Origin: Candidatus Levyibacteriota bacterium
Lineage (GTDB): Bacteria; Patescibacteriota; Microgenomatia; Levybacterales; UBA12049
Length of the DNA stretch: 64,000 bases
Assembly (NCBI GenBank): GCA_016182425.1
Contig: JACPGP010000030.1
Location: forward strand, 11,738 to 75,737
Reading direction: 5' to 3'
The notes beneath the pieces are model-generated. The model saw nothing but the letters and a program-made list of their open reading frames with translations, was not told the DNA's origin and made no database searches. Position 1 is the stretch's first letter. Each line of letters starts with the position of its first letter. A program made the translations under genes and the position numbers. Positions 31,686-41,907 of the stretch are shown piece by piece.

Positions 31686-32218
31686 AAAACAAAACATTAC
31701 TATTACAAGAGAAACTTGGTATTAAAAACCCAATGGCAGTGCCACGACTTTCTAAAATTGTGGTTAACATTGGAGTAAAAGATGCCGTGTCTGACAAGAA
31801 GAACATGGAAAAAGTTCTTTCTATTCTGCCTGAAATAACCGGCCAGAAACCAAAAGTAGCCCGCGCTAAGAAATCAATAGCGGGATTTAAGCTGCGAGAG
31901 AAAGACGCGATAGGAGCGGTTGTGACTCTGCGCGGAAAGCGAATGTATGATTTTTTTGTAAAACTTGTTAATATTGTGTTGCCGAGACTTCGAGACTTTC
32001 ACGGGGTGGGAAGAGGACATTTTGACGGGCATGGAAATTATACTCTAGGATTTACGGAACATACAGTTTTTCCAGAAATTGATCTGGGGAAAGTTGATAA
32101 GGTTTTTGGCCTTGAAGTTGTTATTGTGACCACGGCCAAAAACGATAAAGAGGGGTTAATACTTTTAGAAATGCTTGGTATGCCCTTCCAGAAAGGACAG
32201 GATGGCAAAAAAATCTGA
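31667..32218 (+). CDS. rplE: 50S protein L5
   Basis: KIVVNIG, ITGQKP, LPRLRDF, FDGHGNY. Confidence 0.97.
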   Translation: MPKSDIKNKTLLLQEKLGIKNPMAVPRLSKIVVNIGVKDAVSDKKNMEKVLSILPEITGQKPKVARAKKSIAGFKLREKDAIGAVVTLRGKRMYDFFVKLVNIVLPRLRDFHGVGRGHFDGHGNYTLGFTEHTVFPEIDLGKVDKVFGLEVVIVTTAKNDKEGLILLEMLGMPFQKGQDGKKI

Positions 32219-32387
32219 CATAGTAAAATTTAAAAAAAAACAAAAATACGAAGTTAGACAAAGAAATAGATGCAATCTTTGTGGAAGGGCGCGAAGCTAC
32301 ATGCGTCGTTTTGGGCTATGCAGAATGTGTTTTCGAGAGTTGGCGGTAAAAGGAGAATTGCCGGGCGTAACTAAGGCAAGTTGGTAA
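32202..32387 (+). CDS. rpsN: 30S protein S14 (Zn-binding type Z)
   Basis: RCNLCGR...[16 protein letters not shown]. Confidence 0.97.
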   Translation: MAKKSDIVKFKKKQKYEVRQRNRCNLCGRARSYMRRFGLCRMCFRELAVKGELPGVTKASW

Positions 32388-32388
32388 T

Positions 32389-32766
32389 ATGCAAGATTTT
32401 GTTATTAGAGTAAAAAATGCCGCTTTGGCGCGCAGGAAAGAAGTGATACTTCCGTATTCAAAAATAAATAAAGCGGTCGGGGGTATTTTGGTAAAAGCTG
32501 GATTTTTGGAAACACTAAAGGAGGAAGGAAAAGGAAAGAAAGTACTTGTGGCAAAAATACGGTACCAGAAGAGTAAACCAGTTCTGATTGATGTTTGTCT
32601 TATCTCAAAACCGTCGCTTCGTATTTATGCAAATGCTAAACATGTCAAGATGGGAAAAGGTATGTCCCGTGGTATCGAGATTATTTCTACCAGCCAGGGG
32701 GTTATGACAGGGGGAGAAGCAAAGAAACTTGGTATTGGCGGAGAAGTACTGTTTAGAATTTGGTAA
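32389..32766 (+). CDS. rpsH: 30S protein S8
   Basis: SKPSLRIY, STSQGVM, GGEVL. Confidence 0.96.
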   Translation: MQDFVIRVKNAALARRKEVILPYSKINKAVGGILVKAGFLETLKEEGKGKKVLVAKIRYQKSKPVLIDVCLISKPSLRIYANAKHVKMGKGMSRGIEIISTSQGVMTGGEAKKLGIGGEVLFRIW

Positions 32767-32770
32767 AACT

Positions 32771-33322
32771 ATGTCAAAAATTGGGAAAATACCGGTTATC
32801 CTTAAAGAAGGAGTAACAGCCACAATCGAAGGCCAAAAGATAATGATAAGTGGGCCAAAGGGAACACTATCATACACTTTTCCTTTGGAGATTGATGTCG
32901 ATATCAAGGGTGGAAAAATTGTGGTTTCGCCAAAAAAAGAAGCACAAGAATCAGGCAAAGCGGCATTTGGTTTAACACGCGCGATGATTGGGAATATGAC
33001 AAAGGGCGTCACCGAGGGGTTTGAAAAAAAACTTGAGCTGACAGGCGTTGGGTATAGGGCTCAGGTTATGGGTAAAGACCTGTCTGTCTCGGTGGGTTTT
33101 TCTCATCCGGTAAAAGTGGCTGCTCCTTTGGGAATTCAATTTGCTGTTTTGGAAAACACCATTGTTATTTCCGGAATAGATAAGACATTGGTTGGTAATG
33201 TGGCGGCAACAATTCGTAGGATTCGCCCCCCAGAACCATACAAAGGGAAGGGCATCAAGTATGCAGGAGAACGAATACGTCGAAAAGCAGGTAAAGCAGC
33301 CAAGGCAGTAGGAACAAAGTAG
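32771..33322 (+). CDS. rplF: 50S protein L6
   Basis: MSKIGKIP, GVGYRA, PEPYKGKGI. Confidence 0.98.
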   Translation: MSKIGKIPVILKEGVTATIEGQKIMISGPKGTLSYTFPLEIDVDIKGGKIVVSPKKEAQESGKAAFGLTRAMIGNMTKGVTEGFEKKLELTGVGYRAQVMGKDLSVSVGFSHPVKVAAPLGIQFAVLENTIVISGIDKTLVGNVAATIRRIRPPEPYKGKGIKYAGERIRRKAGKAAKAVGTK

Positions 33323-33333
33323 AATTTAGAGTT

Positions 33334-33663
33334 ATGAATAAAAAAAGGCAAAAAAGAGTCAGAGCAAAAGTGAGGGGTACAAAGGATATGCCAAGATTAT
33401 CCATGTATAGATCTAATAGATATCTTTATGGGCAGCTTATTAATGATGAGAAAGCTGTAACAATTGTTGGTATATCGGAAAAAGAGCTTGAAAATAAAAA
33501 GGTAACAAAAAGTGCCAGGGCAAAAACACTAGGAACACTTTTTGCTAAAAAGGTGATTGCCAAAAAGATAAAAAAAGTTAGATTTGATCGAGGAAGCTAC
33601 AAATACCACGGACGAGTAAAAGCGTTTGCAGAAGGTGCTAGAGAGGGAGGGTTAAAATTTTAA
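33334..33663 (+). CDS. rplR: 50S protein L18
   Basis: PRLSMYRSN, FDRGSYKYHGRV. Confidence 0.97.
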   Translation: MNKKRQKRVRAKVRGTKDMPRLSMYRSNRYLYGQLINDEKAVTIVGISEKELENKKVTKSARAKTLGTLFAKKVIAKKIKKVRFDRGSYKYHGRVKAFAEGAREGGLKF

Positions 33664-34115
33664 TGGAGAGAGAATTTGAAGAAAAAATTGTCCAGATAAA
33701 CAGAGTTTCCAAGAAAACCAAAGGAGGTAATAAAATTGGTTTTTCGGTGGTTGTGGTAGTGGGAGACAGAAAGGGTAAAGTTGGGGTGGGCTTAGGAAAG
33801 GCAGTGGATGTATCATCGTCTATTCGCAAAGGGGTGGAAGTGGCCAAGAAACACATGCTATCTGTACCAATTGTCCAGGGTACTATCCCGCTTTCGATTT
33901 TAATAAAAAGAGGCGCCGCCAAAGTACTCTTAAAACCAGCCCCTCCGGGTAGCGGGGTTATTGCCGGAGGAGCGGTGCGAAGTGTAGTTGAGGCAGCAGG
34001 CATCCACAATATCTCATCCAAGGTTTTAGGAACAAAAAATCAAGCATCCAATGTGTATGCCACACTGGAAGCGCTGATGCGTATATCAGAGCTGTATAAG
34101 AGGGAGAAAAAATGA
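33663..34115 (+). CDS. rpsE: 30S protein S5
   Basis: INRVSKKTKGG, PAPPGSGVIAGG. Confidence 0.98.
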   Translation: MEREFEEKIVQINRVSKKTKGGNKIGFSVVVVVGDRKGKVGVGLGKAVDVSSSIRKGVEVAKKHMLSVPIVQGTIPLSILIKRGAAKVLLKPAPPGSGVIAGGAVRSVVEAAGIHNISSKVLGTKNQASNVYATLEALMRISELYKREKK

Positions 34116-34558
34116 GCGAGCTTAATAATTTGGTCAAGCTGGTGAAAAATAAGAAGAAACGTTTAGGGCAAGGCCACGGATCAGGAAGAGGAAAAACCGC
34201 CGGTCGTGGCACCAAGGGTCAAAAGGCCCGAGGAAAGATCCCCTCCTATTTTGAAGGAGGAGCGTTGCCTTTAATAAAACGTCTTCCTTTTAGGCGGGGG
34301 AAAGGTAAAAATAAGCTATTTAAGAAAAAGCCCATTATTGTAAACGTGAAGACGCTAAATCTTTTGCCAAAAGGTGCGACTGTTGATATTAAGACATTAG
34401 TTTTGCATAATATTGTCGATGAGAAAGACGCGGTAGAAAACGGCGTGAAGATCTTAGGAGACGGAACACTGACTGTTTTACTAACTGTTGCTTTGCCGAC
34501 ATCAAAGGGCGCACGTGGGAAGATTGAAAAAATGGGCGGAAAAGTCACTTCGTTGTAA
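34112..34558 (+). CDS. rplO: 50S protein L15
   Basis: GHGSGRGKTAGRGTKGQKAR, FEGG. Confidence 0.98.
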   Translation: MSELNNLVKLVKNKKKRLGQGHGSGRGKTAGRGTKGQKARGKIPSYFEGGALPLIKRLPFRRGKGKNKLFKKKPIIVNVKTLNLLPKGATVDIKTLVLHNIVDEKDAVENGVKILGDGTLTVLLTVALPTSKGARGKIEKMGGKVTSL

Positions 34559-34561
34559 TAG

Positions 34562-35848
34562 ATGAAAGACGTCTTTCGGATTTTTCAAAATAGCATAAAA
34601 ACACAGGATGTACGGAGAAAAATTCTCTTTACCATAGGCATTTTTGTGGTTTTTAGAATTTTTGCCTATATCCCGGTCAGCGGAGTGAATCTAGCAAGTC
34701 TTAAAGCGCTTTTTTCCCAGAATCAATTTTTAGGTTTACTCGATATATTTTCTGGCGGAACTCTGGCCAACTTTTCGGTAATGGCGCTAGGTCTTAACCC
34801 GTATATTAATGCCTCAATTATTTTACAGCTTGCGACACTGGTTTTTCCCAAACTGGAAGCTCTTTCTAAAGAAGGTGAAGCCGGGCGCCAAAAGATAAAT
34901 CAGTATACCAGGTTTTTAACAGTGCCGCTGGCGGCGGTGCAGGCAATTGGAATGTATACTCTTCTTCGCAACCAGGGAATTATTGCCACGTTGGTGCCAA
35001 TACAGCTTGTTTCGTTTATTGTGACCATGACGGCCGGAACAATGTTTTTGGTCTGGTTGGGCGAGCTTATTTCCGAGAAAGGTATTGGAAATGGCATATC
35101 GATTCTTATCTTTGCCGGAATTGTGGGGAGGATTCCCGTGGTCTTTGTGCAGACCGTGCAGACGGTGACTAGCGAGAACATACTTAGCATTTTAACGTTT
35201 CTTTTTATAGGAGTGGTGGTTATTGCGGCAATCATTTTTATGAATGAAGCAGTGCGGCAAATAGCAGTGTACTATGCCAAGCGGGTGAGAGGAAGTAAAA
35301 TGTATGGCGGACAAACGACTCATCTTCCCTTGCGACTCAATCAGGCAGGAGTAATTCCTATTATTTTTGCTGTGTCTTTGGTGCTTTTTCCTTCTCTTAT
35401 TGGCAACTACTTAATTGCTTCGAAAAACAACATTGTTCACGTTATTGGTCTATCAATGTCATCTCTTTTCAATCCTGTAGGATTATTCTACAACGCACTT
35501 TACTTCTTTTTAGTGGTGGGATTTACTTACTTTTACACTGCTGTTATTTTTAACCCCAAAAAAATTTCCGATGAAATACAAAAATATGGAGGGTTTATTC
35601 CAGGTATTCGTCCGGGAACACCTACCGCCCATTATCTTAATTACATCTTAACCAGAATCACCTTGGCGGGAGCCACCTTTTTAGGCAGCATCGCAATTCT
35701 TCCCATGATTGCCCGCGCTGCAACAGGTATTGAAACGCTGCTGTTGGGAGGAACGGGAATCCTCATCGTTGTGTCTGTTGTTTTAGAAACTGTTCGAACA
35801 TTAGAGGCGCAGTTAGTCATGCGAAATTACGAGCGATTTGTTAAATGA
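34562..35848 (+). CDS. secY: Preprotein translocase SecY
   Basis: [38 protein letters not shown]. Confidence 0.99.
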   Translation: MKDVFRIFQNSIKTQDVRRKILFTIGIFVVFRIFAYIPVSGVNLASLKALFSQNQFLGLLDIFSGGTLANFSVMALGLNPYINASIILQLATLVFPKLEALSKEGEAGRQKINQYTRFLTVPLAAVQAIGMYTLLRNQGIIATLVPIQLVSFIVTMTAGTMFLVWLGELISEKGIGNGISILIFAGIVGRIPVVFVQTVQTVTSENILSILTFLFIGVVVIAAIIFMNEAVRQIAVYYAKRVRGSKMYGGQTTHLPLRLNQAGVIPIIFAVSLVLFPSLIGNYLIASKNNIVHVIGLSMSSLFNPVGLFYNALYFFLVVGFTYFYTAVIFNPKKISDEIQKYGGFIPGIRPGTPTAHYLNYILTRITLAGATFLGSIAILPMIARAATGIETLLLGGTGILIVVSVVLETVRTLEAQLVMRNYERFVK

Positions 35849-36390
35849 AAATAGTGCTTATTGGCATTCAGGGATCTGGAAAATCAACCCAGGGAAACCT
35901 GCTTTCTAAAAAATTGAAAATTCCCTATCTTTCGACAGGGCATATTTTTAGAGAATTAGCAAAAGAGCGCACAAATCTTGGGCGTTACATCAAAGAAGTT
36001 ATGAACGCAGGATATCTTATCCCAGATGATAAGACTCTTGAGATAGTATCTGAGTATTTAAAAAGAGATGAATATAAAAACGGATATATTCTTGATGGAT
36101 TTCCACGAACACCATTGCAAGCTAAAGCATTCAAAAATGGCATCGATAAAGTTATTTATCTTAAAGTATCCGATAAGGAAGCGCTTTGGCGTCTTTCTCT
36201 TCGTAATGATGGTGAGGGGCGAGAGGATGATACATTAAGGGCAATTCATAAACGTATTGAGCTTTTTCATAAATTTACCGAGCCGGTTCTTTCTTTTTAC
36301 AAAAAGATCGGTGAACTGGTGGAAATAGATGGTGAGGCGGATATTAAGATAATACACAGACAGATTCTTAAAGTCTTGGGGGTGGCATGA
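35845..36390 (+). CDS. adk: Adenylate kinase (short-LID type)
   Basis: [24 protein letters not shown]. Confidence 0.92.
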   Translation: MKIVLIGIQGSGKSTQGNLLSKKLKIPYLSTGHIFRELAKERTNLGRYIKEVMNAGYLIPDDKTLEIVSEYLKRDEYKNGYILDGFPRTPLQAKAFKNGIDKVIYLKVSDKEALWRLSLRNDGEGREDDTLRAIHKRIELFHKFTEPVLSFYKKIGELVEIDGEADIKIIHRQILKVLGVA

Positions 36391-36953
36391 GCAAAAAACA
36401 GATTCTCGCGTTTGTAGGCATGCCCGGTTCTGGTAAGAGTTTAGTTGCCTCGTACTTACAAAAAAAAGGATTGCCATTTGTTCGTTTTGGTGATCTTACC
36501 AAGCAAGAAATTGCTCGTCGAAAACTTACCCTATCGCCGGAGAATGAGCAAGTGGTCCGTGAATCCATAAGGCAGGAGTTTGGCATGGCTGCATTTGCTA
36601 CAAAAGCAAAACCCAAAATTAAGGAGTTATTTTTATCCCACGACACTGTAGCTATAGACGGGATGTATTCGTGGGAAGAATATTTGTTTCTTAAAGAAAC
36701 ATTTTCTTATGTTTTTGTTATTCATATTTTTGCAAATCGCAGCATTCGTTACGAACGTTTGGCAAAGCGAAAGGCTCGTCCTTTTACAACAAAGCAGGCT
36801 CAAAAAAGGGATTTTGCAGAGATAGAAAAACTTAATAAAGGCGGCCCAATTGCAATTGCAGATTATCTTATAGATAACACAAGTGATAACAAAGAAGAAC
36901 TTTATAAAAAAATTGATAAATTGCTCTTAGTGCTTGGAATAAAAAATGGTTGA
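36387..36953 (+). CDS. P-loop kinase, dephospho-CoA kinase/UPF0200-like
   Basis: GMPGSGKS, FGD, IDG..SWEE, RDFAEIEKLNKGGPIAIADY. Confidence 0.7.
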   Translation: MSKKQILAFVGMPGSGKSLVASYLQKKGLPFVRFGDLTKQEIARRKLTLSPENEQVVRESIRQEFGMAAFATKAKPKIKELFLSHDTVAIDGMYSWEEYLFLKETFSYVFVIHIFANRSIRYERLAKRKARPFTTKQAQKRDFAEIEKLNKGGPIAIADYLIDNTSDNKEELYKKIDKLLLVLGIKNG

Positions 36954-37695
36954 TATAAAAACAAAAAAGGATTTAGAAATAATGAGTAAGGGCGGAGCTA
37001 TTTTGACTGCGGTTCTACACGAGGTTTTAGAACATGTAAAGCCTGGAGTTTCAGAACTTGAGCTTGACAGGTTAGCAGAAAAGCTTATTTTGCAAAAAGG
37101 TGGGGAGCCTGGGTTTAAAAAAATTCCTGGATATAAGCATACAATTTGCATATCAACAAACGACGTTGTAGTGCATGGTATCCCGACTAACTACAAGTTA
37201 AGAGAAGGAGATATTGTAGGAATTGACTGTGGTGTATTTTATAACGGTTTTCATACAGATATGGCAGAGACAGTACAAATTCAAAATGACAACGAAAAAA
37301 TCAAAAAGTTTTTAGATACCGGGAAACATGCATTGGAAGAGGCAATTAAACAGGCAAGAATAGGAAATAGGATTGGGCATATTTCAAAAACAATACAAGA
37401 AATTGTTGAGCGTGATGGATACTCAGCGGTCAGGAGTCTTATTGGACACGGTGTGGGACGGGAACTTCATGAGGAGCCCGAGGTGCCAGGCTTCTTAAAC
37501 CGAAAAATCGAAAAAACGCCACTTTTAACAGAAGGCATGACTATTGCAATTGAGGTGATCTATAATATGGGAAAGCATGACGTGGTCTACTCAAATCAGG
37601 ACGGATGGACAATAAAAACTGCTGATGGCAGCATTTCCGGGCTTTTTGAACGAACAATAGCAATTATAAAAAACGGTGCGCGCATTCTTACATAA
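36946..37695 (+). CDS. map: Methionine aminopeptidase type I
   Basis: CISTNDVVVHGIP, DCG...HTDMA, GHGVG..LHEEP, AIE. Confidence 0.97.
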   Translation: MVDIKTKKDLEIMSKGGAILTAVLHEVLEHVKPGVSELELDRLAEKLILQKGGEPGFKKIPGYKHTICISTNDVVVHGIPTNYKLREGDIVGIDCGVFYNGFHTDMAETVQIQNDNEKIKKFLDTGKHALEEAIKQARIGNRIGHISKTIQEIVERDGYSAVRSLIGHGVGRELHEEPEVPGFLNRKIEKTPLLTEGMTIAIEVIYNMGKHDVVYSNQDGWTIKTADGSISGLFERTIAIIKNGARILT

Positions 37696-37744
37696 TAAGT
37701 AATAAGTTGCTGTTTATAGGATAGTTTGGTATAATTTCTTTTCT

Positions 37745-37963
37745 ATGGCTCATCAGGGATCGTTCGAAGTAGAAGGCGTTGTTAAAGAATCGTTGCCTAA
37801 TACTTTGTTTCGTGTTCAAACTTCGGATGGAAACTTGCTGTTATGCCACCTTTCCGGTAAAATGCGGATGCATTTTATCAAGATTTTGCCAGGAGACAGG
37901 GTTCGGGTAGAAATGACGCCATACGATAAGAATAAAGGTAGAATAGTATACAGACATAAATAA
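37745..37963 (+). CDS. infA: Translation initiation factor IF-1
   Basis: [20 protein letters not shown]. Confidence 0.98.
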   Translation: MAHQGSFEVEGVVKESLPNTLFRVQTSDGNLLLCHLSGKMRMHFIKILPGDRVRVEMTPYDKNKGRIVYRHK

Positions 37964-37967
37964 ATTT

Positions 37968-38081
37968 ATGAAAGTCCAGGCCAGCGTTAAACAGCGGTGT
38001 GTGAAATGCAAAATTATTAAACGAAGAGGTGTCGTGCGAGTTGTCTGCGACAATCCACGACATAAACAAAGACAGGGATAA
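37968..38081 (+). CDS. rpmJ: 50S protein L36 (below the ORF-track cutoff)
   Basis: [37 protein letters not shown] read directly from the sequence. Confidence 0.97.
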   Translation: MKVQASVKQRCVKCKIIKRRGVVRVVCDNPRHKQRQG

Positions 38082-38084
38082 CGT

Positions 38085-38522
38085 ATGAGAATCTCAGGAG
38101 TAAGTATTCCAGAGGGAAAAAGAATTGATATTGCTTTGACATACCTTTATGGTATTGGGAGAGGTAATGTATATGAGGTACTGCAAAAGGCAGAGGTTGA
38201 TCCAGCCAAGCGAGTAAAAACGCTTTCCGAAGAAGAGCAGAAACGGATTCAGAAGGCACTCGAAACGCACAAGATTGAAGGAGATCTGAGGGCAGAAGTA
38301 ACAGAAGTGATTAAGCGGCTGAAAGAGACAGGCAGTTATCGAGGAATGCGGCACATTCGAAATCTGCCAGCGCGAGGCCAGCGGACACGATCAAACGCGC
38401 GGACCAAAAGAGGAAAACGGGTGACAATCGGTGCTATCAAGAAGGAAGTTGCTACAAAGATGGGGCTTGATACTAAAGCCGAAACGCCAACAAAGACATC
38501 AGACCAAGGAGGTAAAAAGTAA
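38085..38522 (+). CDS. rpsM: 30S protein S13
   Basis: [26 protein letters not shown]. Confidence 0.98.
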   Translation: MRISGVSIPEGKRIDIALTYLYGIGRGNVYEVLQKAEVDPAKRVKTLSEEEQKRIQKALETHKIEGDLRAEVTEVIKRLKETGSYRGMRHIRNLPARGQRTRSNARTKRGKRVTIGAIKKEVATKMGLDTKAETPTKTSDQGGKK

Positions 38523-38527
38523 AGAGT

Positions 38528-38938
38528 ATGGCAGAGAAGAAGTCCGTCAAAGGCCAATCGGCCTCTGGCCGGAAAAAAATAGGCGTAAAGGTGTCGCCTA
38601 AAGGAAGGGTGTATATTACATCAACATTTAACAATACGCTTATTACCATCACTAATGAGCAGGGAGACACGGTGGCGTGGGGATCATCGGGCGGAGCAGG
38701 GTTTAAGGGTACGCGAAAATCAACACCCTACGCGGCAACTGTGGCAATGGAACAAGCAGCAAAGAGGGCCATTGTCGATGGCATTAAGTCTGTGGATGTG
38801 TTTGTGAAAGGGCCGGGGTCCGGAAGAGATTCGGCGCTTCGCGCAATTAAAGCTGTCGGGATGTCGATAACGTCGATTGCGGATATTACACCCATTCCTC
38901 ACAATGGACCGCGGGCAAAAAAGAAAAGGAGAGTATAA
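38528..38938 (+). CDS. rpsK: 30S protein S11
   Basis: [24 protein letters not shown]. Confidence 0.98.
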   Translation: MAEKKSVKGQSASGRKKIGVKVSPKGRVYITSTFNNTLITITNEQGDTVAWGSSGGAGFKGTRKSTPYAATVAMEQAAKRAIVDGIKSVDVFVKGPGSGRDSALRAIKAVGMSITSIADITPIPHNGPRAKKKRRV

Positions 38939-38941
38939 ACT

Positions 38942-39544
38942 ATGGCAAGATATACGGGGCCAAAACATAGATTGGCAAGAAAAGAAGGGGTAAATATTAT
39001 CGATAAGGAGTCGCAGTCTCTAATCAGAAGACTTAGTATCCCTCCGGGAGTTCATGGGAAAAAGCGAAAAAGAGCGTTGTCGGAATTTGGTCAGCAGCTT
39101 AGAGAAAAACAGAAGGCAAAAGAGATGTATGGGGTGCTGGAGAAGCAATTTAGGAACCTTGTTGACCGACTGCAGAAGAAAAGAGGCGAAACAGGAGAGC
39201 TTTTGATATCACTTTTGGAAACAAGACTCGATAATGTAGTGTACCGTTTGGGGTTTGCAAAGTCGAGATTTCAAGCGCGTCAATTTGTTAATCACGGCCA
39301 AGTCTTGGTTAACGGCCAGAAAGTGACAATACCATCTTACCAGGTAAGGAAGGGGGAGAAAGTATCGCTCTCGGAGAAATTACAGAAGAATGCTGCAGTT
39401 TTGGAGATTATGAAAGAGAACAAACCTATACTTTCTTACCTTGTTCGGGAGAATAATTTTGGAACTCTGGTGCGATTTCCTACCCGCCAAGATGTTCAAG
39501 TTCCTTTTGATACGCAACTCATCATTGAATATTATTCAAGATAG
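38942..39544 (+). CDS. rpsD: 30S protein S4
   Basis: MARYTGP, QLREKQK, LETRLDNVVYR, EYYSR. Confidence 0.98.
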   Translation: MARYTGPKHRLARKEGVNIIDKESQSLIRRLSIPPGVHGKKRKRALSEFGQQLREKQKAKEMYGVLEKQFRNLVDRLQKKRGETGELLISLLETRLDNVVYRLGFAKSRFQARQFVNHGQVLVNGQKVTIPSYQVRKGEKVSLSEKLQKNAAVLEIMKENKPILSYLVRENNFGTLVRFPTRQDVQVPFDTQLIIEYYSR

Positions 39545-39568
39545 TGGTAGAATAGGATTTTTAGGATT

Positions 39569-40495
39569 ATGACAGACCCAGCTTTTAAGGTAAAAGAAGC
39601 AAAACACACCAGTGAATACGGGGAGTTTATTATTGAGCCATTGGAGCCGGGTTATGGACACACAGTAGGCAACGCGCTGCGTCGAGTTTTATTAACATCG
39701 ATTCCCGGAGCAGCGATAACATCGGTCAAGATTAGTGGAGTAAAGCACCGATTTTCTACCCTTTCGGGGCTCAAAGAAAATATCGTTGATTTACTCCTTA
39801 ATATAAAAGGTATCCATTTTCGCCTTATCGATACAAAATCCACTGCCACAGTTAGAATTTCTGAGAAAGGCCCCAAAACGGTCAAAGCGGGCGACATTGA
39901 GGTAAGCGATGGCGTTGAAGTAGTCAATAAAGATCATTACCTTGCTTCCTTAACGGATAAAAAGGCCAAGTTGGAAATGGAGATGATTGTGGAGAAAGGC
40001 GAGGGGTATACGCTCGCAGAAGAGCAGAAGACATCCGAGGTTGGTGTTATTTCAACCGATGCTATTTTTACACCAGTGCAGCGGGTAAGCTACAGTGTGT
40101 CGGCCACCCGTGTTGGTAGACAAACAAATTTAGATAGACTAACCCTTTCTGTTTGGACAAATGGCACTATAACGCCTCGGGAGGCGTTGCACCAGTCAGC
40201 AAAAATTCTTGCTTCTTTTTTCTTGCAAGTCTACGAACCAAAAGCAGCGTCTCTTTCTACAGAGGGAGTGGTAATAAGTCCTGCTGTTTCTGAAGACCTT
40301 CTTAAATTGACCGTGGATGAGCTTGATTTACCAACCCGCATTTATAACAGTCTGCGAAACGGCGGCATCGATACTCTTGGGCAGCTTCTTGGCACGTCAA
40401 AGAAGGACCTTATGACCATGCGAAATATGGGGAATAAATCAATAAGTGTTATCGAAGATAAACTGCGAGAAAAAGGAATCAGCCTAGGTGTATAA
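39569..40495 (+). CDS. rpoA: RNA polymerase alpha subunit
   Basis: EPLEPGYGHTVGNALRRVLL, DAIFTPV, alpha-CTD RIYNSL...NMGNKS. Confidence 0.98.
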   Translation: MTDPAFKVKEAKHTSEYGEFIIEPLEPGYGHTVGNALRRVLLTSIPGAAITSVKISGVKHRFSTLSGLKENIVDLLLNIKGIHFRLIDTKSTATVRISEKGPKTVKAGDIEVSDGVEVVNKDHYLASLTDKKAKLEMEMIVEKGEGYTLAEEQKTSEVGVISTDAIFTPVQRVSYSVSATRVGRQTNLDRLTLSVWTNGTITPREALHQSAKILASFFLQVYEPKAASLSTEGVVISPAVSEDLLKLTVDELDLPTRIYNSLRNGGIDTLGQLLGTSKKDLMTMRNMGNKSISVIEDKLREKGISLGV

Positions 40496-40498
40496 TAC

Positions 40499-40556
40499 AC
40501 GAATAGACACGAATGTATTAAGCAGTAATTGGGTATTCGTGTTTATTCGTTTTTTT
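40499..40556 (+). repeat. 16-bp inverted repeat of ACACGAAT-type units followed by T6, directly before rplQ
   Basis: ACGAATAGACACGAAT (40499-40514) pairs with ATTCGTGTTTATTCGT (40535-40550) with one G-U. Confidence 0.8.
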
Positions 40557-40994
40557 ATGAGAAAAAGAGTTTTTGGCAGAAAACTAAAGAGAGATAAGAA
40601 TGAGAGAAAGGCTCTTTTTAAGAGTCTTATTTCATCACTTGTTTTATATGGGCATATTAAAACAACAGAGGCAAAAGCAAAGGCAATTAAAGGAACAGTT
40701 GAAAAACTTGTTACAAAGACAAGAAAAAGCAGCAAGGAATTCGCATATAGATTTTTAATGCTGTATTTATCTAATATTGCAATTGGGAAATTTATTAATG
40801 AGGTTGTTCCTGGTTTTACAAGTAGACAAGGTGGATATACGAGAATAACAAAAATTGGAAATAGACTTAAAGATAATGCGAATATGGTAATAATGGAATG
40901 GGTCGAGCAAAGTTCAAAACCAGACGAAAGAGAAACAAAAGAAGACGAAGAAAAAAAGCCAAGAAATAAAGAAACTAAGAAAAAAAAGAAATGA
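40557..40994 (+). CDS. rplQ: 50S protein L17
   Basis: IKTTEAKAK, GGYTRI; start at MRKRVFG. Confidence 0.96.
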   Translation: MRKRVFGRKLKRDKNERKALFKSLISSLVLYGHIKTTEAKAKAIKGTVEKLVTKTRKSSKEFAYRFLMLYLSNIAIGKFINEVVPGFTSRQGGYTRITKIGNRLKDNANMVIMEWVEQSSKPDERETKEDEEKKPRNKETKKKKK

Positions 40995-41413
40995 AGTCAC
41001 AAACGAAGCCAACAAAAGCATCAGATATAAAGCGATCGTGGCACATGATTGATGTGAAAGAAAAAATATTGGGAAGGGCTGCCACAGAGATTGCAAAACT
41101 CTTAATGGGGAAAGCAAAACCGTATTTTGTTAGACATCTTGATTGCGGAGATTACGTGGTGGTAATTAATGCGAAAGAAGCAAAAGTCACCGGCGGAAAA
41201 GAGGGTAAGATTTACTATAGATATTCTGGATATCCGGGCGGATTAAAAAAAGAGACGCTTAGTGATCTTCGGCAGAGAAAACCAGAGGAGATTATTATTC
41301 ATGCGGTAAAGGGAATGTTGCCGCAGAACAGATTGCGAGATGCAATGCTTAGGCGGTTATTTGTGTTTGCGGATAAAGAACATCCATACGGTGATAAACT
41401 CAAAACTCAATGA
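40991..41413 (+). CDS. rplM: 50S protein L13
   Basis: LGRAATEIA, DCGDYVVVINA, SGYPGG, VKGMLP. Confidence 0.98.
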   Translation: MKSQTKPTKASDIKRSWHMIDVKEKILGRAATEIAKLLMGKAKPYFVRHLDCGDYVVVINAKEAKVTGGKEGKIYYRYSGYPGGLKKETLSDLRQRKPEEIIIHAVKGMLPQNRLRDAMLRRLFVFADKEHPYGDKLKTQ

Positions 41414-41907
41414 AATATATGGCAAAGAAAGAAAAAACAGAAGAAAAAGGAGTAACAAAGAATAAATCTTTAAAAAAGGATTACATTTATGCTCTGGGAA
41501 GGCGAAGAGAAGCTGTGGCGAGAGTGCGTTTTTATCCCAAGTCCCAAACAGAAGTCGTATTGGATGAGAAAAAACTTCAGCCCGGCGAGATCATTGTTAA
41601 TGGACAACCAATTGCCCAATATTTTTTTGGAGAAATTGCTAAAGTAAAATATGAGGGGCCGTTACACATCACCAGCATGCTGGGAAAATGTATAGTGACA
41701 GTGGTTGTTTCGGGTGGAGGAAAGGGCGGCCAGCTAGATGCGATTGTGCATGGCATAGCGCGAGCTATTGTGAAACATGATAAAGAACGGTTTCAATCAA
41801 TTCTTAAAAAGAAAGGGTTTTTAACTCGAGACCCACGCGCAAAAGAACGACGAAAAGTAGGCACAGGCGGAAAAGCGAGGAGAAAAAAACAGAGCCCAAA
41901 ACGATAA
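41410..41907 (+). CDS. rpsI: 30S protein S9
   Basis: GRRREAVARV, GGGKGGQ, LTRDPR.KERRK, QSPKR; start could be 41419. Confidence 0.97.
   Translation: MKYMAKKEKTEEKGVTKNKSLKKDYIYALGRRREAVARVRFYPKSQTEVVLDEKKLQPGEIIVNGQPIAQYFFGEIAKVKYEGPLHITSMLGKCIVTVVVSGGGKGGQLDAIVHGIARAIVKHDKERFQSILKKKGFLTRDPRAKERRKVGTGGKARRKKQSPKR

Noticed and set aside
40488-40556. Extended rplQ N-terminus MYNTRIDTN...
   Set aside because: It is a translation of the palindromic spacer; L17 homology starts at 40557
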